This document shows positions 19,194 through 29,344 of a stretch of DNA of 53,614 bases, piece after piece. The notes under the pieces were generated by a model. The model did no database searches. It saw only the letters and a list, made by a program, of their open reading frames with translations, and was not told where the DNA came from. Both the position numbers and the translations under genes were made by a program. Source of the DNA: a virus (taxonomy: Duplodnaviria; Caudoviricetes); IMG/VR virus record IMGVR_UViG_3300017774_002291, positions 1 through 53,614 of that record, one strand, 5' to 3'. Each line of letters begins with the position of its first letter. The first letter of the stretch is position 1.

Positions 19194-21608
19194 ATGATGT
19201 CACTAAAAATTAAAAAAAGAGGGGGTGACGAAGTATCGTTTAACCCCCAAAAAATATACAGTAGAGTAAAAAGAGCTGCTAAGGGTATGAATGTGAATGC
19301 TGATGAGGTATTCATTAAGGTAATTACTTCGGTTCCGACTGAAGGTGTTATTACGACTAAAGAGTTGGATAAATTGGTTTACGAGATTGCTGCTGCTTAT
19401 ACCGGAAGTCATCACGATTATTCGAGATTGGCGTCTTCTGTTGCTATTTCTGCGTATCATAAAGAGACTGATGATAGTTTTTCAAACACAATGTATCGAT
19501 TATACCAAGATGGTATAATTAATGATATTTTAATGGATACTATTGATGATTATGGTTCTGAAAATATTGATGCCGTAATAAATCACGAGAATGATTACAA
19601 TTTTGATTATTTTGCGTGGAAATCACTATCAGAAATGTATTTGTTAAAAACTCCGGAAGGTGTTGTAATTGAACGACCACAACATATGTATATGAGAGTT
19701 GCTCTATGGGTGACTAAATCATTTGAAGAAGCAGTTGAGTATTATAACTCATTGTCTAATCAACTTATCTCTCCGGCAACACCAATTATGATTAATGCGG
19801 GGACTAAAACACCTCAATTAGCGTCTTGTGTGTTAAAATACAATAATGGAGATTCAAGACAAGGTTTGTTAGATACCTTTAACGACATTTCAACATATTC
19901 TTCGGATGCTGCTGGTATTGGATTATGTATGTCTAACATTCGTAGTAAAGAGAGTCGTATTAACTCATCAGGTGGATTTGCCGGTGGTTTATTGAAATAC
20001 CTAAAGATTGTTAATGAAGGGTTGAGATTCTTTAATCAACAAGGAAGAAGACCGGGTAGTGCTGCTATCTACATAGAACCTTGGCATAAAGACATTATGG
20101 ATTTACTTGAAATCAAAAAGAATACGGGTGCTGAGGAATTAAGAGCAAAAGATTTGTTTACCTCAATTTGGTTACCGGACAACTTTATGAATGCCGTTAA
20201 GAATAATGGTGACTGGTATTTGTTCTGTCCTAACGACATTGTTAAAGCGGGGATTCAACCATTACAGGATACTTATGGTGATGTATATGAAGAAAATTAC
20301 AATAAAGCGGTTGAACTCGGACTTGGTAAAAAAGTGAAAGCTCAGACAATTTGGAATAAAATTATTGAATCTCAGGTTGAAACCGGAGTTCCTTACTTAT
20401 GTTCTAAAGATAGTGCCAACAGAAAAACAAATCATCAAAACATTGGAGTGATTAAACAATCTAATCTATGTAATGAGATTTACCAATATACTGATGAGGA
20501 CACTACAGCAATCTGTACGTTATCATCTATGGTTTTGAAAAACTTTATCATTAAAGGGGAGTTTGATTTCAAATTACTTTATAGTGAGGTTAGAAAGGTT
20601 GTTAGAGCACTTAACAAAGTTGTTAATATTAATAGTTATTCAACTGAACAAGGTAGAAAAGGTGGGTTAGAACAAAGAGCGATTGCTATTGGAACTCAAG
20701 GTCTCGCTGATGTATTTTATCTAATGGACTACATTTTCACATCGGAAGAGGCAAAAAACTTAAACAAAGAAATTTTTGAAACAATCTATTTTGCGGCCAT
20801 CACCGAAAGTATGAATCTATGTAAAACAGGTGAATATGAACGATATGAATATTTTGAGGGTTCACCAATGTCAAAAGGTATATTCCAATTTGATATGTGG
20901 GGATTAGATTACGAAGGTTTAGGTGGAATGTGGGATTGGGATAACCTAAAATTAGAAGTGTCCAACCACGGGGTTTGTAACTCGTTATTCACCGCTCAAA
21001 TGCCGGTAGCATCGTCTGCTAAAATTACAGGTTCATTTGAAATGACAGAACCGGCTCACTCGGCATTATTTAATCGTCGTGTTGTTGGGGGAGAAATTTT
21101 AATTGTTAACAAATACTTAATTAACGATTTTGAAAAGTTGGGTGTTTGGTGTGAGGATTTGAAAAATGAAATCATTATGAATGAAGGGTCAATTCAAAAC
21201 ATCAACTTCAACCATTACTTAGACCCGGAAGATAAGAATTACAATAAGAAGGTAAAACGAATTGAACACTTAATTCCGAAATACAAAACAATTTGGGAGA
21301 TATCTCAAAGAGAACTTATTGATATGGCAGCAGACAGAGCACCATTTATAGACCAATCACAGTCAATGAATATTTATATGTCTGACCCAACATTATCAAA
21401 AATTTCATCATCACACTTCCATTCTTGGGGTAAAGGATTGAAAACTCTTTGTTATTATGTTAGAACAAAAGCGATATCGACCGGAGCTAAACATTTAGCG
21501 GTTGATATTACAAAAGTACAACAACCAAGAATTATTGACAAACCAAAGGTTGAGATGACTTCAAAACCGACAGATTCAGAATTTGAATGTTTTGGATGTG
21601 GTTCTTAG
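19194..21608 (+). CDS. nrdA: Ribonucleotide reductase class Ia alpha subunit with ATP cone
   Basis: N-terminal KIKKRGG ATP cone, ERPQHMYMRVA, SPATP, QLASC, SNLCNEI (thiyl Cys), AICTLSS, MPVASS, DQSQSMN, KTLCYYVR, C-terminal CFGCGS. Confidence 0.97.
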   Translation: MMSLKIKKRGGDEVSFNPQKIYSRVKRAAKGMNVNADEVFIKVITSVPTEGVITTKELDKLVYEIAAAYTGSHHDYSRLASSVAISAYHKETDDSFSNTMYRLYQDGIINDILMDTIDDYGSENIDAVINHENDYNFDYFAWKSLSEMYLLKTPEGVVIERPQHMYMRVALWVTKSFEEAVEYYNSLSNQLISPATPIMINAGTKTPQLASCVLKYNNGDSRQGLLDTFNDISTYSSDAAGIGLCMSNIRSKESRINSSGGFAGGLLKYLKIVNEGLRFFNQQGRRPGSAAIYIEPWHKDIMDLLEIKKNTGAEELRAKDLFTSIWLPDNFMNAVKNNGDWYLFCPNDIVKAGIQPLQDTYGDVYEENYNKAVELGLGKKVKAQTIWNKIIESQVETGVPYLCSKDSANRKTNHQNIGVIKQSNLCNEIYQYTDEDTTAICTLSSMVLKNFIIKGEFDFKLLYSEVRKVVRALNKVVNINSYSTEQGRKGGLEQRAIAIGTQGLADVFYLMDYIFTSEEAKNLNKEIFETIYFAAITESMNLCKTGEYERYEYFEGSPMSKGIFQFDMWGLDYEGLGGMWDWDNLKLEVSNHGVCNSLFTAQMPVASSAKITGSFEMTEPAHSALFNRRVVGGEILIVNKYLINDFEKLGVWCEDLKNEIIMNEGSIQNINFNHYLDPEDKNYNKKVKRIEHLIPKYKTIWEISQRELIDMAADRAPFIDQSQSMNIYMSDPTLSKISSSHFHSWGKGLKTLCYYVRTKAISTGAKHLAVDITKVQQPRIIDKPKVEMTSKPTDSEFECFGCGS

Positions 21609-21632
21609 TTGAATTAAAATAATTATAAGATT

Positions 21633-21658
21633 AATCACGACTTCGGTCGTGATTTTTT
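21633..21658 (+). terminator. Rho-independent terminator with cUUCGg tetraloop
   Basis: AATCACGAC-TTCG-GTCGTGATT followed by a T-run after the nrdA stop. Confidence 0.9.
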
Positions 21659-21705
21659 ATTTTACTCTATTTATAAGAAATAATTACGACACTATATTTA
21701 TAGTT

Positions 21706-22164
21706 ATGGCAGATGGAACAACATATGGTTTAACTTTTCCTTTCAGAGAATCTTTTGATGGAAAATACTTAGATTTATCAGATTATAATGACCAAGAGAT
21801 TAGGTCTAACTTAATACACCTTTTATTAACTAGAAAAGGTAGTAGGTATTATTTACCGGATTTTGGAACAAGATTATATGAATTTATTTTTGAACCATTA
21901 GATGGTCCAACATTTTCAGAAATAGAATCTGAAATACGAGAGTCCGCGGGGAACTATTTACCGGGAATAACAATAACTAATATTGGTATTCAAGCCGCTT
22001 CGGATGGTGATGAAGATAAAGGTAGTTATATTAACGACAATGATGAGAGAATATATCGGGTACCAAATATGTCAAATAAAGAACATACAGCGAAAGTTAA
22101 GATTGATTACACTATCAACAATGATGTGTTTAATAGTAGTGACTTTGTAATTATTAATATATAA
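21706..22164 (+). CDS. Baseplate wedge subunit, T4 gp25-like
   Basis: IRSNLIHLLLTRKGSRYYLPDFGTRLYEFIFEP is the gp25/GPW signature. ATG 21706 is preferred because the track start at 21649 lies inside the terminator. Confidence 0.88.
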   Translation: MADGTTYGLTFPFRESFDGKYLDLSDYNDQEIRSNLIHLLLTRKGSRYYLPDFGTRLYEFIFEPLDGPTFSEIESEIRESAGNYLPGITITNIGIQAASDGDEDKGSYINDNDERIYRVPNMSNKEHTAKVKIDYTINNDVFNSSDFVIINI

Positions 22165-22168
22165 AATT

Positions 22169-24007
22169 ATGGCAAACAAGAAAATTTCCTACACAACAAG
22201 GGATTTCCAATCAATTAGAACGGAGTTAATTAACTTCACTAAAACGTATTATCCGGACACGATTCAAAACTTTAACGACGCGTCTGTTTTTTCTGTGTTA
22301 TTAGATTTAAACGCTGCGGTTACAGATAACTTACAATTTAATATTGATAGAAGTGTTCAAGAGACAGTTCTTCAATATGCTCAACAAAGGTCGTCAGTTT
22401 TCAACATAGCAAAAACCTATGGATTAAAAGTTCCGGGTATGAGACCATCAGTTGCTTTAGTTGATTTTTCAATTACAGTTCCGGCATATGGGGATAAAGA
22501 AGACCTGAGATATTGTGGTATTCTAAGAAGAGGTTCTCAAGTTAACGGTGCGGGACAAGTATTTGAAACTGTTTATGATATTGACTTCTCATCACCTATT
22601 AATGGTGAAGGGTTCCCAAATAGATTAAAAATACCTAATTTTGATTCAAACAATAAATTATTAAACTATACAATCACTAAACGAGAAACTGTTGTTAATG
22701 GAACTACAAAAGTGTTTAAAAAAGTGATAACACCAAATGATGTTAAACCTTTTTATGAATTATTCTTACCGGACAAGAATGTATTGGGGATAACGAGTGT
22801 TTTATTAAAGGATAGTACTCAGTATACTAATATACCGTCAGTTCAAGAATTTTTAGGTTTAGACAATAGATGGTATGAAGTGGACGCTTTAGCGGAAGAT
22901 AGAGTGTTTGTTGAAGACCCAACAAAAGTGTCAGATTCTCCGGGGATTAAAGTGGGGAAATATATTCAAACAAGTACAAAATTTATTAGTGAATTTACTC
23001 CTGAAGGGTTTTTAAAAATTACTTTTGGAGGTGGTTCACAATCAGCGGACGAACAGTTAAGAGAGTTTGCTAGAGATGGGTATCGATTAAACCTATACAA
23101 GTATTCCAATAACTTAGCGTTAGGTAGTACTTTAAAACCTAATACAACACTATTCGTGCAATATAGAGTTGGTGGTGGTGTTGGTTGCAATATTGGTGTA
23201 AACTCAATTACTCAAATAGGTACTGTATCATTCTTTGTAAATGGTCCGTCAGATAGTATTAATACAACTGTGATAAATTCATTAAGATGTACAAACGTAA
23301 CGGCAGCGATTGGTGGGGCAAATTACCCAACAACTGAAGAGGTCAGAAATTTAGTTTCATATAACTTCTCAGCTCAAAAAAGAGCGGTAACAGTAAATGA
23401 TTACGATTCAATAATCCGAACAATGCCGTCTCAATTTGGAGCTCCAGCGAAAGTATCTATAACGGAAAATAATAATAAAATTATTGTTCAAATGTTATCA
23501 TATGATGAAACAGGTAGACTTACGGAGGTAATCTCAAATACTTTAAAAAATAATGTTGCAAATTATTTATCAAACTATCGTATGATAAATGATTATGTGT
23601 CAATACAAAGTGCTAACGTTATTGATTTAGGGTTTAATATTGATGTTGTATTAGACAACACACAAAACCAAGGAACAGTTATTTCTCAAATTATAACAAT
23701 TGTTTCGGAATATTTTAATCCGGAAAATAGACAAATGGGTGAAAATGTTAATATCTCTGAATTAAGAAGATTAATACAGAGTGAAAACGGGGTAATCTCA
23801 TTGTCTGACATTCAGGTCTTTAATAAAGTTGGGGGTCAATATTCATCATCACAAACATCCCAACGATACATTGATAGTACAACTTATCAGATTGGGTTAA
23901 TTGATGATACTATCTTTGCGGAACCAAACCAAACTTATCAAATAAAATATCCGAATAAAGATATTAACATTAGAGTTAAAAATTTAAAAACTGTTAATTT
24001 TTCTTAA
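22169..24007 (+). CDS. Baseplate wedge protein, T4 gp6 / baseplate J-like
   Basis: RDFQSIRTELINF, AQQRSSVFNIAKTYG, ITFGGG, VQYRVGGG...NIG, AAIGGA, AQKRAVTVNDY. Confidence 0.88.
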   Translation: MANKKISYTTRDFQSIRTELINFTKTYYPDTIQNFNDASVFSVLLDLNAAVTDNLQFNIDRSVQETVLQYAQQRSSVFNIAKTYGLKVPGMRPSVALVDFSITVPAYGDKEDLRYCGILRRGSQVNGAGQVFETVYDIDFSSPINGEGFPNRLKIPNFDSNNKLLNYTITKRETVVNGTTKVFKKVITPNDVKPFYELFLPDKNVLGITSVLLKDSTQYTNIPSVQEFLGLDNRWYEVDALAEDRVFVEDPTKVSDSPGIKVGKYIQTSTKFISEFTPEGFLKITFGGGSQSADEQLREFARDGYRLNLYKYSNNLALGSTLKPNTTLFVQYRVGGGVGCNIGVNSITQIGTVSFFVNGPSDSINTTVINSLRCTNVTAAIGGANYPTTEEVRNLVSYNFSAQKRAVTVNDYDSIIRTMPSQFGAPAKVSITENNNKIIVQMLSYDETGRLTEVISNTLKNNVANYLSNYRMINDYVSIQSANVIDLGFNIDVVLDNTQNQGTVISQIITIVSEYFNPENRQMGENVNISELRRLIQSENGVISLSDIQVFNKVGGQYSSSQTSQRYIDSTTYQIGLIDDTIFAEPNQTYQIKYPNKDINIRVKNLKTVNFS

Positions 24008-24117
24008 TAAATTAAAGAGGGGTTTAATCTATATATGTTTAAACCATAATTTATTTTGAAAAAAAATGTTTTATCTTTTAAAAATAGTATATAAACTATT
24101 TATTAAAAAAGATAAAA

Positions 24118-27100
24118 ATGTCAAAATCTTATAGAATAAGAACAAAGGTTGGTGTTGATACCTCAATTAAAGTATTAATAGACCAAGAGTTCGAACATTT
24201 GGAAATATTATCCTTAAAAATATTACAAACCGACATTTATACCAGACAATGTGCCGATTATGGTGTTATTGTTGGACGTGTTAGTGTTAATAATGGATTT
24301 GGGGTTCCGAACGCAAAAGTTTCTATCTTTATACCAATAGATAGTAAAGACCAAACCAATCCTATTATTTCTGAATTATACCCATACAAATCATTGTCGG
24401 ATGTTAATGAAGATGGGTATAGATATAACTTACTTCCTTATGTTAAATCATATAGTGCTCACATACCAACCGGGACATTTTTCAATAGAACGGATGTTTT
24501 AACTAATCCAACTTTAATTGAAGTTTATGACAAGTATTATAAATATAATGCGGTTACAAACGAGAGTGGTGATTATATGATTTTTGGTGTTCCTGTTGGT
24601 TCTCATCTAATTGTTTTAGATGTTGACTTATCGGATATTGGTGAATTTTCATTATCACCTCAAGATTTGATTAGAATGGGTATTGCTACGGAATCTCAAG
24701 TATCCGGAACAAATTTTAAATCATCAAATAATTTAAGGGAATTACCACAAATTGTCTCACTTAATCGAAGTATTGAGGTGGAACCATTGTGGGGACAACC
24801 CGAGATTTGTAATTTAGGTATAACAAGAACTGATTTTGATTTAAGTGGTGAGGCTAATATTGATATTAGACCAACATCTATTTTTATGGGTTCTATTATA
24901 TCAGGGCCAAATAGTAGTGCTCTCTCAACAGGTTGTAGACCACCAAGTACTTCAGGTCATTTATGTAATTTAACGGCAGGTCCTGGTGAAATATTATCTA
25001 TTAGACAAACAATACAACAAGATTCTAACGGATACCCTATTCTTGAAAATTTTAGTTTAGAAGGTGGTGGTAAAGTAATTGATGAAAATGGTACGTGGTT
25101 AATCGATGTACCAATGAATTTGGATTATTACGTTACTAATGAGTTTGGTGAACAGGTGTTGTCTAATGACCCTGAAAAGGGTATCCCAACAAAGGGTAAA
25201 TATAGGTTTAAAGTAAAATGGTCACAATCACCATCTTTAAGTGAGACAACAAGACGAGCATATTTTTTAGTTCCAAATATTAGAGAAAATGATGTTGCAA
25301 ATCACTTAGAGACATCGTACGCTTTTAGTACTGATTGGTATGATTACGGTTATAGTGGTGACTCAAGTTTTAATCAAATAATACAAGACGCTATTGATTG
25401 TGAAGATAGGTTTTATCTGATGCAATATAATAAAGTTTATACTGTTTCACAATTTATTGATGGAATGAGTAGAGGTAGTGGACCCGAAAGATATATTGGA
25501 ATTAAAAATATATTAGACGAAACTTGTTCAGGTCTTAACTATAGATTTCCAACAAACGACGGTAATTTTAGATTTGATATTTTATATATCATTTTTATGT
25601 TTTTTAGTATTATATTAACACCGGTATTTTTTGCGTTAATCTTAATAATGCACATTTTATATTTTGTTGTGTGGATTTTAAGAACGATATTTTTACCTGT
25701 GTTAGCTGGTTATTATGTGTTATTATCCGCTCAAGCAATCGGAGCCGCTTTTGGATTTGGTTTTGGGGCTGTCACTATACCGGGACAGTTTGTTATTGCT
25801 GTGACATATCTTCTTATAGCAGCCTTTATTGCTTTAGTTGTTATAATGTTAGTTAAGATAAACTTAACAGGTATTAAAGTTCCAATCTTAACATATCCTG
25901 ATTGTGAATTATGTAAATGTAGTCCGGATTCAAACACTAGTGAAAATATTGGTGAAGGCACTGGTGCACCATCAACAAATACTCAAGGAAATAAACGTAT
26001 ACCATGTGAAACTATTAAATCAAATACTGAGATTACATCGGTATCATTAATTCCCGGAATTTTACAATTATTCACTCAAGGTGTGTTCCAAATACCAACC
26101 GTTAGTCCAACAAACCCAAATGGTTTTTCATCCCAAAGAGCACAGATTTACATAAGAAATTTAACCGGTCTTGTTTATGATGAACAGTACGCTTCTAATA
26201 ATATTGGTGCACCAACTTTTGTTTATGATGACGACCCCGGTTCTCAAGATGGTAATACGTCACCCGATAGGTGGATTTACACAACAAGTTTACCTATGGC
26301 TGATAGGATTAATTTGTTTAATGTTAAAGCTAAATATTTTAATGGTACATCAATAACACCTGTGTCAAATAATAGTAATCCTGGTGGAGGGGTTAATATT
26401 GTTGAAGTTAATTTCCAACCAACACAAACGGCAATTTATCATTACGACAACACAATGGTGATTATTTGTGATAAAGATAGTCTTCAAAAATTAAGTGCTG
26501 GTCAATTAATCTCTTTTCAAAATCCAACAATTAGTGGTGATATAAATACAACAGGTGGGATTACAAACGTATATGGTAACAATGCCATTACAGGTGTGAC
26601 ATCAACGGGTGCTCAGAACATTACGATTCAGTATGCTAATCCTGATGGTGTTTCGGGTAATATAACAAAAACTTATCCATCTGTTAATATTACCGCTGAC
26701 ACAACAAATAATTACCATAAGTTTCCGACAGATGTTGAATACTTTCAAGTTATAACCGGAATGACATATAGTCAGTTTAGTGGTCAATGTAATAGTGACA
26801 TATTTGATTCATTGAATGATAGATATATATCTAACGATATGATAATGGGACAATCAAGTTACGAGGGTGATTATAAGAGGTCAAAAAATATAAATTTCAC
26901 ACCAATAGAATTAATTGAAGATTATAAAAACATTTGTATTTTAATTTTAAATAGAGGTGTTGACCCATATACACCTAAAGTACCAATTTCATATGGGTTA
27001 GGTAGATTGTTTGGTAGAGTTAATTTTAATGATGTTAAAGTGTTTGGTAATTACCATATGAATATACCAATACAAGGTAAGTTTAAAAACGTGAGTCATT

Positions 27101-29343
27101 TAAAATCTGATTTAAGTAATAGTAATCTTGGAACAGATGTTTATTCAGGTCAAAAATTATATTTTAATTCATTTTCATATAAACCACAAATATCGACAAC
27201 ATACGGTTCTGTGTCAGCGTATACGTTAGGTCAGTTAGTTGTTAATCCTAATGGTGTAATATCTTCAGGATATTCTTCATTTACATCAAATTTAGTTAGT
27301 TATTATTCTAATATGGATAATCGGTCATTAAATTTACAACCACAATGTGGTGGAGACGTGAACAATGTTATTCCAATGGACACTCGTGTTGTTAATGCTG
27401 ATACATCTTACGGTTTAAAGGTTAGTAATCAAAATAAATTTAGCATGATGGTTTATCCTAAAGAATATCAGTTTTATATTTACCCCCCTGATTATGTAAA
27501 TTTTATTACCCCAAGTAATCCTTATTCGGTTAAAACAGGTAATAATCAAGGGTATTTTCCTAATGAAATTATTGAGGGTGGTCCTGTAATGTATACAAAT
27601 ATAATTAATGGGGCTGGAGAAAATGGAGAAAATTATAAAGGAGATGCTCCAATGACTGGACCTTATTACAAGGTAACCTCAGCACCATATTCAATCACAT
27701 CAAATTACTATTCATCTATTTACAATACGACCGGGAACACATTAACATTCTCTTCGGGTTCTAATGGAAATCAAATTATTATGAGAGGTGATAGGTTACC
27801 AACATCGACAAATGTTGATGAATACTGTTGTAACGGGTTAGTATTACAAAAAAATAGTAAATTTGAAATGTATGTAATACCAGAAGACGGTGTGTTGAAT
27901 GTTAGTAGTAGTGAGAGTTCAACGGGTAGTGCTAGTTCAGGTGATTTACAATATACGATTCAAGATTTATCGGGTTCAAAGGGAATTACTAAAGTTTTTG
28001 ATTCGTTTACTTGTAATGGTTCTGTTAATTTAAAGTGTTATAGTTGTAAAAGTGATGGACCAAATGGAACTATTTCGGTTTTACAGGATGGTTGTCAAAA
28101 ATATTTAGGTGAAACAATATTTGAATATGGGTGTTATAAATTCATTACAACTATATTTTTATCATTGGGAAATGATTTGATATTAATGTTTGAGTGGATT
28201 GCTCGAAATATGGTAATGTTAGGTGCTTGTAGAAATGTTTTCTCACATAGATTTGTTAATAATTGGGTTAACGGTGTTTTATATGCTTTCCCAATTAAAA
28301 ATGAGATAGTAGAATACACGAGTCCTTTATCTGACAGACCAAATCAACCTATATTTGATTATTGTAAAAAAGCTATTATGATTCATTCACGAACCAATAA
28401 TTTATATTATAGAGCTGCAAAATACGATGTTGTTAGTAATGAATTTAGGGTTGTTGATGGTAATATAGGTTTTCCAACAACCATAATGGATTTAGGACCA
28501 AGAACTGATTATTTACAAGAATTGGTTATGTCTGATGAATATGATGGGTACGTAGTTAATAAATTAGAATCATCGTCTTTTGGTACTGTGGATGATATAC
28601 TTAATCTATTCATTGTTAGTCGATTTATTAATAGTGATTTTTTAACAAGGTTGTTGGGTAGCGTAAATATTATAGGGTACTTTTCTAACGGTAGAACAGG
28701 AACCAATTTTCAAATAGATGCTGATTACGCTCAATTAATATCAATTAATTCTGAGTTAGGTGTTGCTCCGTTTTTACCGGGTAATTATCCTGATAGTTTA
28801 CCGGGTCAACAAAACCCAATATTTTTTGATTGTAACAATGTTTTAGGAATTTTCTTTTCATCTGATACTCAGATAAGGGATTATATAACACCAAAAAGAA
28901 CTATTATAAATCCAACAGGAACAACACTTGGTCGTTGTACATTTAATAATTTTCCGGTATATTCACAAAAAGTTCCCTTATCACAATGGAAAATTAATGG
29001 TGAATATATTTTTGGAAAACAATTTGATGATTGGGAGTATGGTGTTTCGGGTAATAATATTTTTTCACACAAATATCAATCATTAGATAGATTGGACGCA
29101 GGGTCTAGATATTTTAGAAGTAAGAATCAATCTCAAACAAACTATCAAAAAGGTTATATTTACGCTGTGAATAGTGGTGGTACAATATCGGCTAATGTGT
29201 CGGATTGGAATAAAAATACTATAAGTCCCCAATTAGTGACTGTTGGTGCTCCGTTTCACTTTTATTTTGGTTTAAGACGTGGAGCATCATCGTTTGATAG
29301 ATTTAGAACAAAATGGATAAACACAAATAATGTTGTAAATTAA
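24118..29343 (+). CDS. Large putative virion protein with N-terminal carboxypeptidase-regulatory-like (prealbumin-fold) domain and internal hydrophobic segment
   Basis: 1741 aa; GVIVGRVSVNNGFGVPNAKVSI...TNESGDYMIFGVPVG; about 95-aa hydrophobic stretch at aa ~486-580; many Cys; lies in the baseplate cluster. Confidence 0.6.
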   Translation: MSKSYRIRTKVGVDTSIKVLIDQEFEHLEILSLKILQTDIYTRQCADYGVIVGRVSVNNGFGVPNAKVSIFIPIDSKDQTNPIISELYPYKSLSDVNEDGYRYNLLPYVKSYSAHIPTGTFFNRTDVLTNPTLIEVYDKYYKYNAVTNESGDYMIFGVPVGSHLIVLDVDLSDIGEFSLSPQDLIRMGIATESQVSGTNFKSSNNLRELPQIVSLNRSIEVEPLWGQPEICNLGITRTDFDLSGEANIDIRPTSIFMGSIISGPNSSALSTGCRPPSTSGHLCNLTAGPGEILSIRQTIQQDSNGYPILENFSLEGGGKVIDENGTWLIDVPMNLDYYVTNEFGEQVLSNDPEKGIPTKGKYRFKVKWSQSPSLSETTRRAYFLVPNIRENDVANHLETSYAFSTDWYDYGYSGDSSFNQIIQDAIDCEDRFYLMQYNKVYTVSQFIDGMSRGSGPERYIGIKNILDETCSGLNYRFPTNDGNFRFDILYIIFMFFSIILTPVFFALILIMHILYFVVWILRTIFLPVLAGYYVLLSAQAIGAAFGFGFGAVTIPGQFVIAVTYLLIAAFIALVVIMLVKINLTGIKVPILTYPDCELCKCSPDSNTSENIGEGTGAPSTNTQGNKRIPCETIKSNTEITSVSLIPGILQLFTQGVFQIPTVSPTNPNGFSSQRAQIYIRNLTGLVYDEQYASNNIGAPTFVYDDDPGSQDGNTSPDRWIYTTSLPMADRINLFNVKAKYFNGTSITPVSNNSNPGGGVNIVEVNFQPTQTAIYHYDNTMVIICDKDSLQKLSAGQLISFQNPTISGDINTTGGITNVYGNNAITGVTSTGAQNITIQYANPDGVSGNITKTYPSVNITADTTNNYHKFPTDVEYFQVITGMTYSQFSGQCNSDIFDSLNDRYISNDMIMGQSSYEGDYKRSKNINFTPIELIEDYKNICILILNRGVDPYTPKVPISYGLGRLFGRVNFNDVKVFGNYHMNIPIQGKFKNVSHLKSDLSNSNLGTDVYSGQKLYFNSFSYKPQISTTYGSVSAYTLGQLVVNPNGVISSGYSSFTSNLVSYYSNMDNRSLNLQPQCGGDVNNVIPMDTRVVNADTSYGLKVSNQNKFSMMVYPKEYQFYIYPPDYVNFITPSNPYSVKTGNNQGYFPNEIIEGGPVMYTNIINGAGENGENYKGDAPMTGPYYKVTSAPYSITSNYYSSIYNTTGNTLTFSSGSNGNQIIMRGDRLPTSTNVDEYCCNGLVLQKNSKFEMYVIPEDGVLNVSSSESSTGSASSGDLQYTIQDLSGSKGITKVFDSFTCNGSVNLKCYSCKSDGPNGTISVLQDGCQKYLGETIFEYGCYKFITTIFLSLGNDLILMFEWIARNMVMLGACRNVFSHRFVNNWVNGVLYAFPIKNEIVEYTSPLSDRPNQPIFDYCKKAIMIHSRTNNLYYRAAKYDVVSNEFRVVDGNIGFPTTIMDLGPRTDYLQELVMSDEYDGYVVNKLESSSFGTVDDILNLFIVSRFINSDFLTRLLGSVNIIGYFSNGRTGTNFQIDADYAQLISINSELGVAPFLPGNYPDSLPGQQNPIFFDCNNVLGIFFSSDTQIRDYITPKRTIINPTGTTLGRCTFNNFPVYSQKVPLSQWKINGEYIFGKQFDDWEYGVSGNNIFSHKYQSLDRLDAGSRYFRSKNQSQTNYQKGYIYAVNSGGTISANVSDWNKNTISPQLVTVGAPFHFYFGLRRGASSFDRFRTKWINTNNVVN

Positions 29344-29344
29344 T

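Noticed and set aside
14346-21608. Inteins or introns in recA, helicase, nrdA or nrdB
   Set aside because: Lengths are ordinary, motifs are contiguous and no splicing motifs were seen.
18242-21608. Eukaryotic or NCLDV origin suggested by eukaryote-like RNR
   Set aside because: Context has gp25/gp6 baseplate genes, gp32-like SSB, operons and rho-independent terminators, consistent with a tailed bacteriophage.
2-24007. Bacterial eCIS/T6SS or tailocin locus instead of a phage
   Set aside because: Interleaved phage replication genes and homing endonucleases, and no host housekeeping genes.
24020-24045. GGTTTA...TAAACC hairpin after the gp6-like gene
   Set aside because: Short AT-rich stem with a long loop and no adjacent U-run; too weak to call a terminator.
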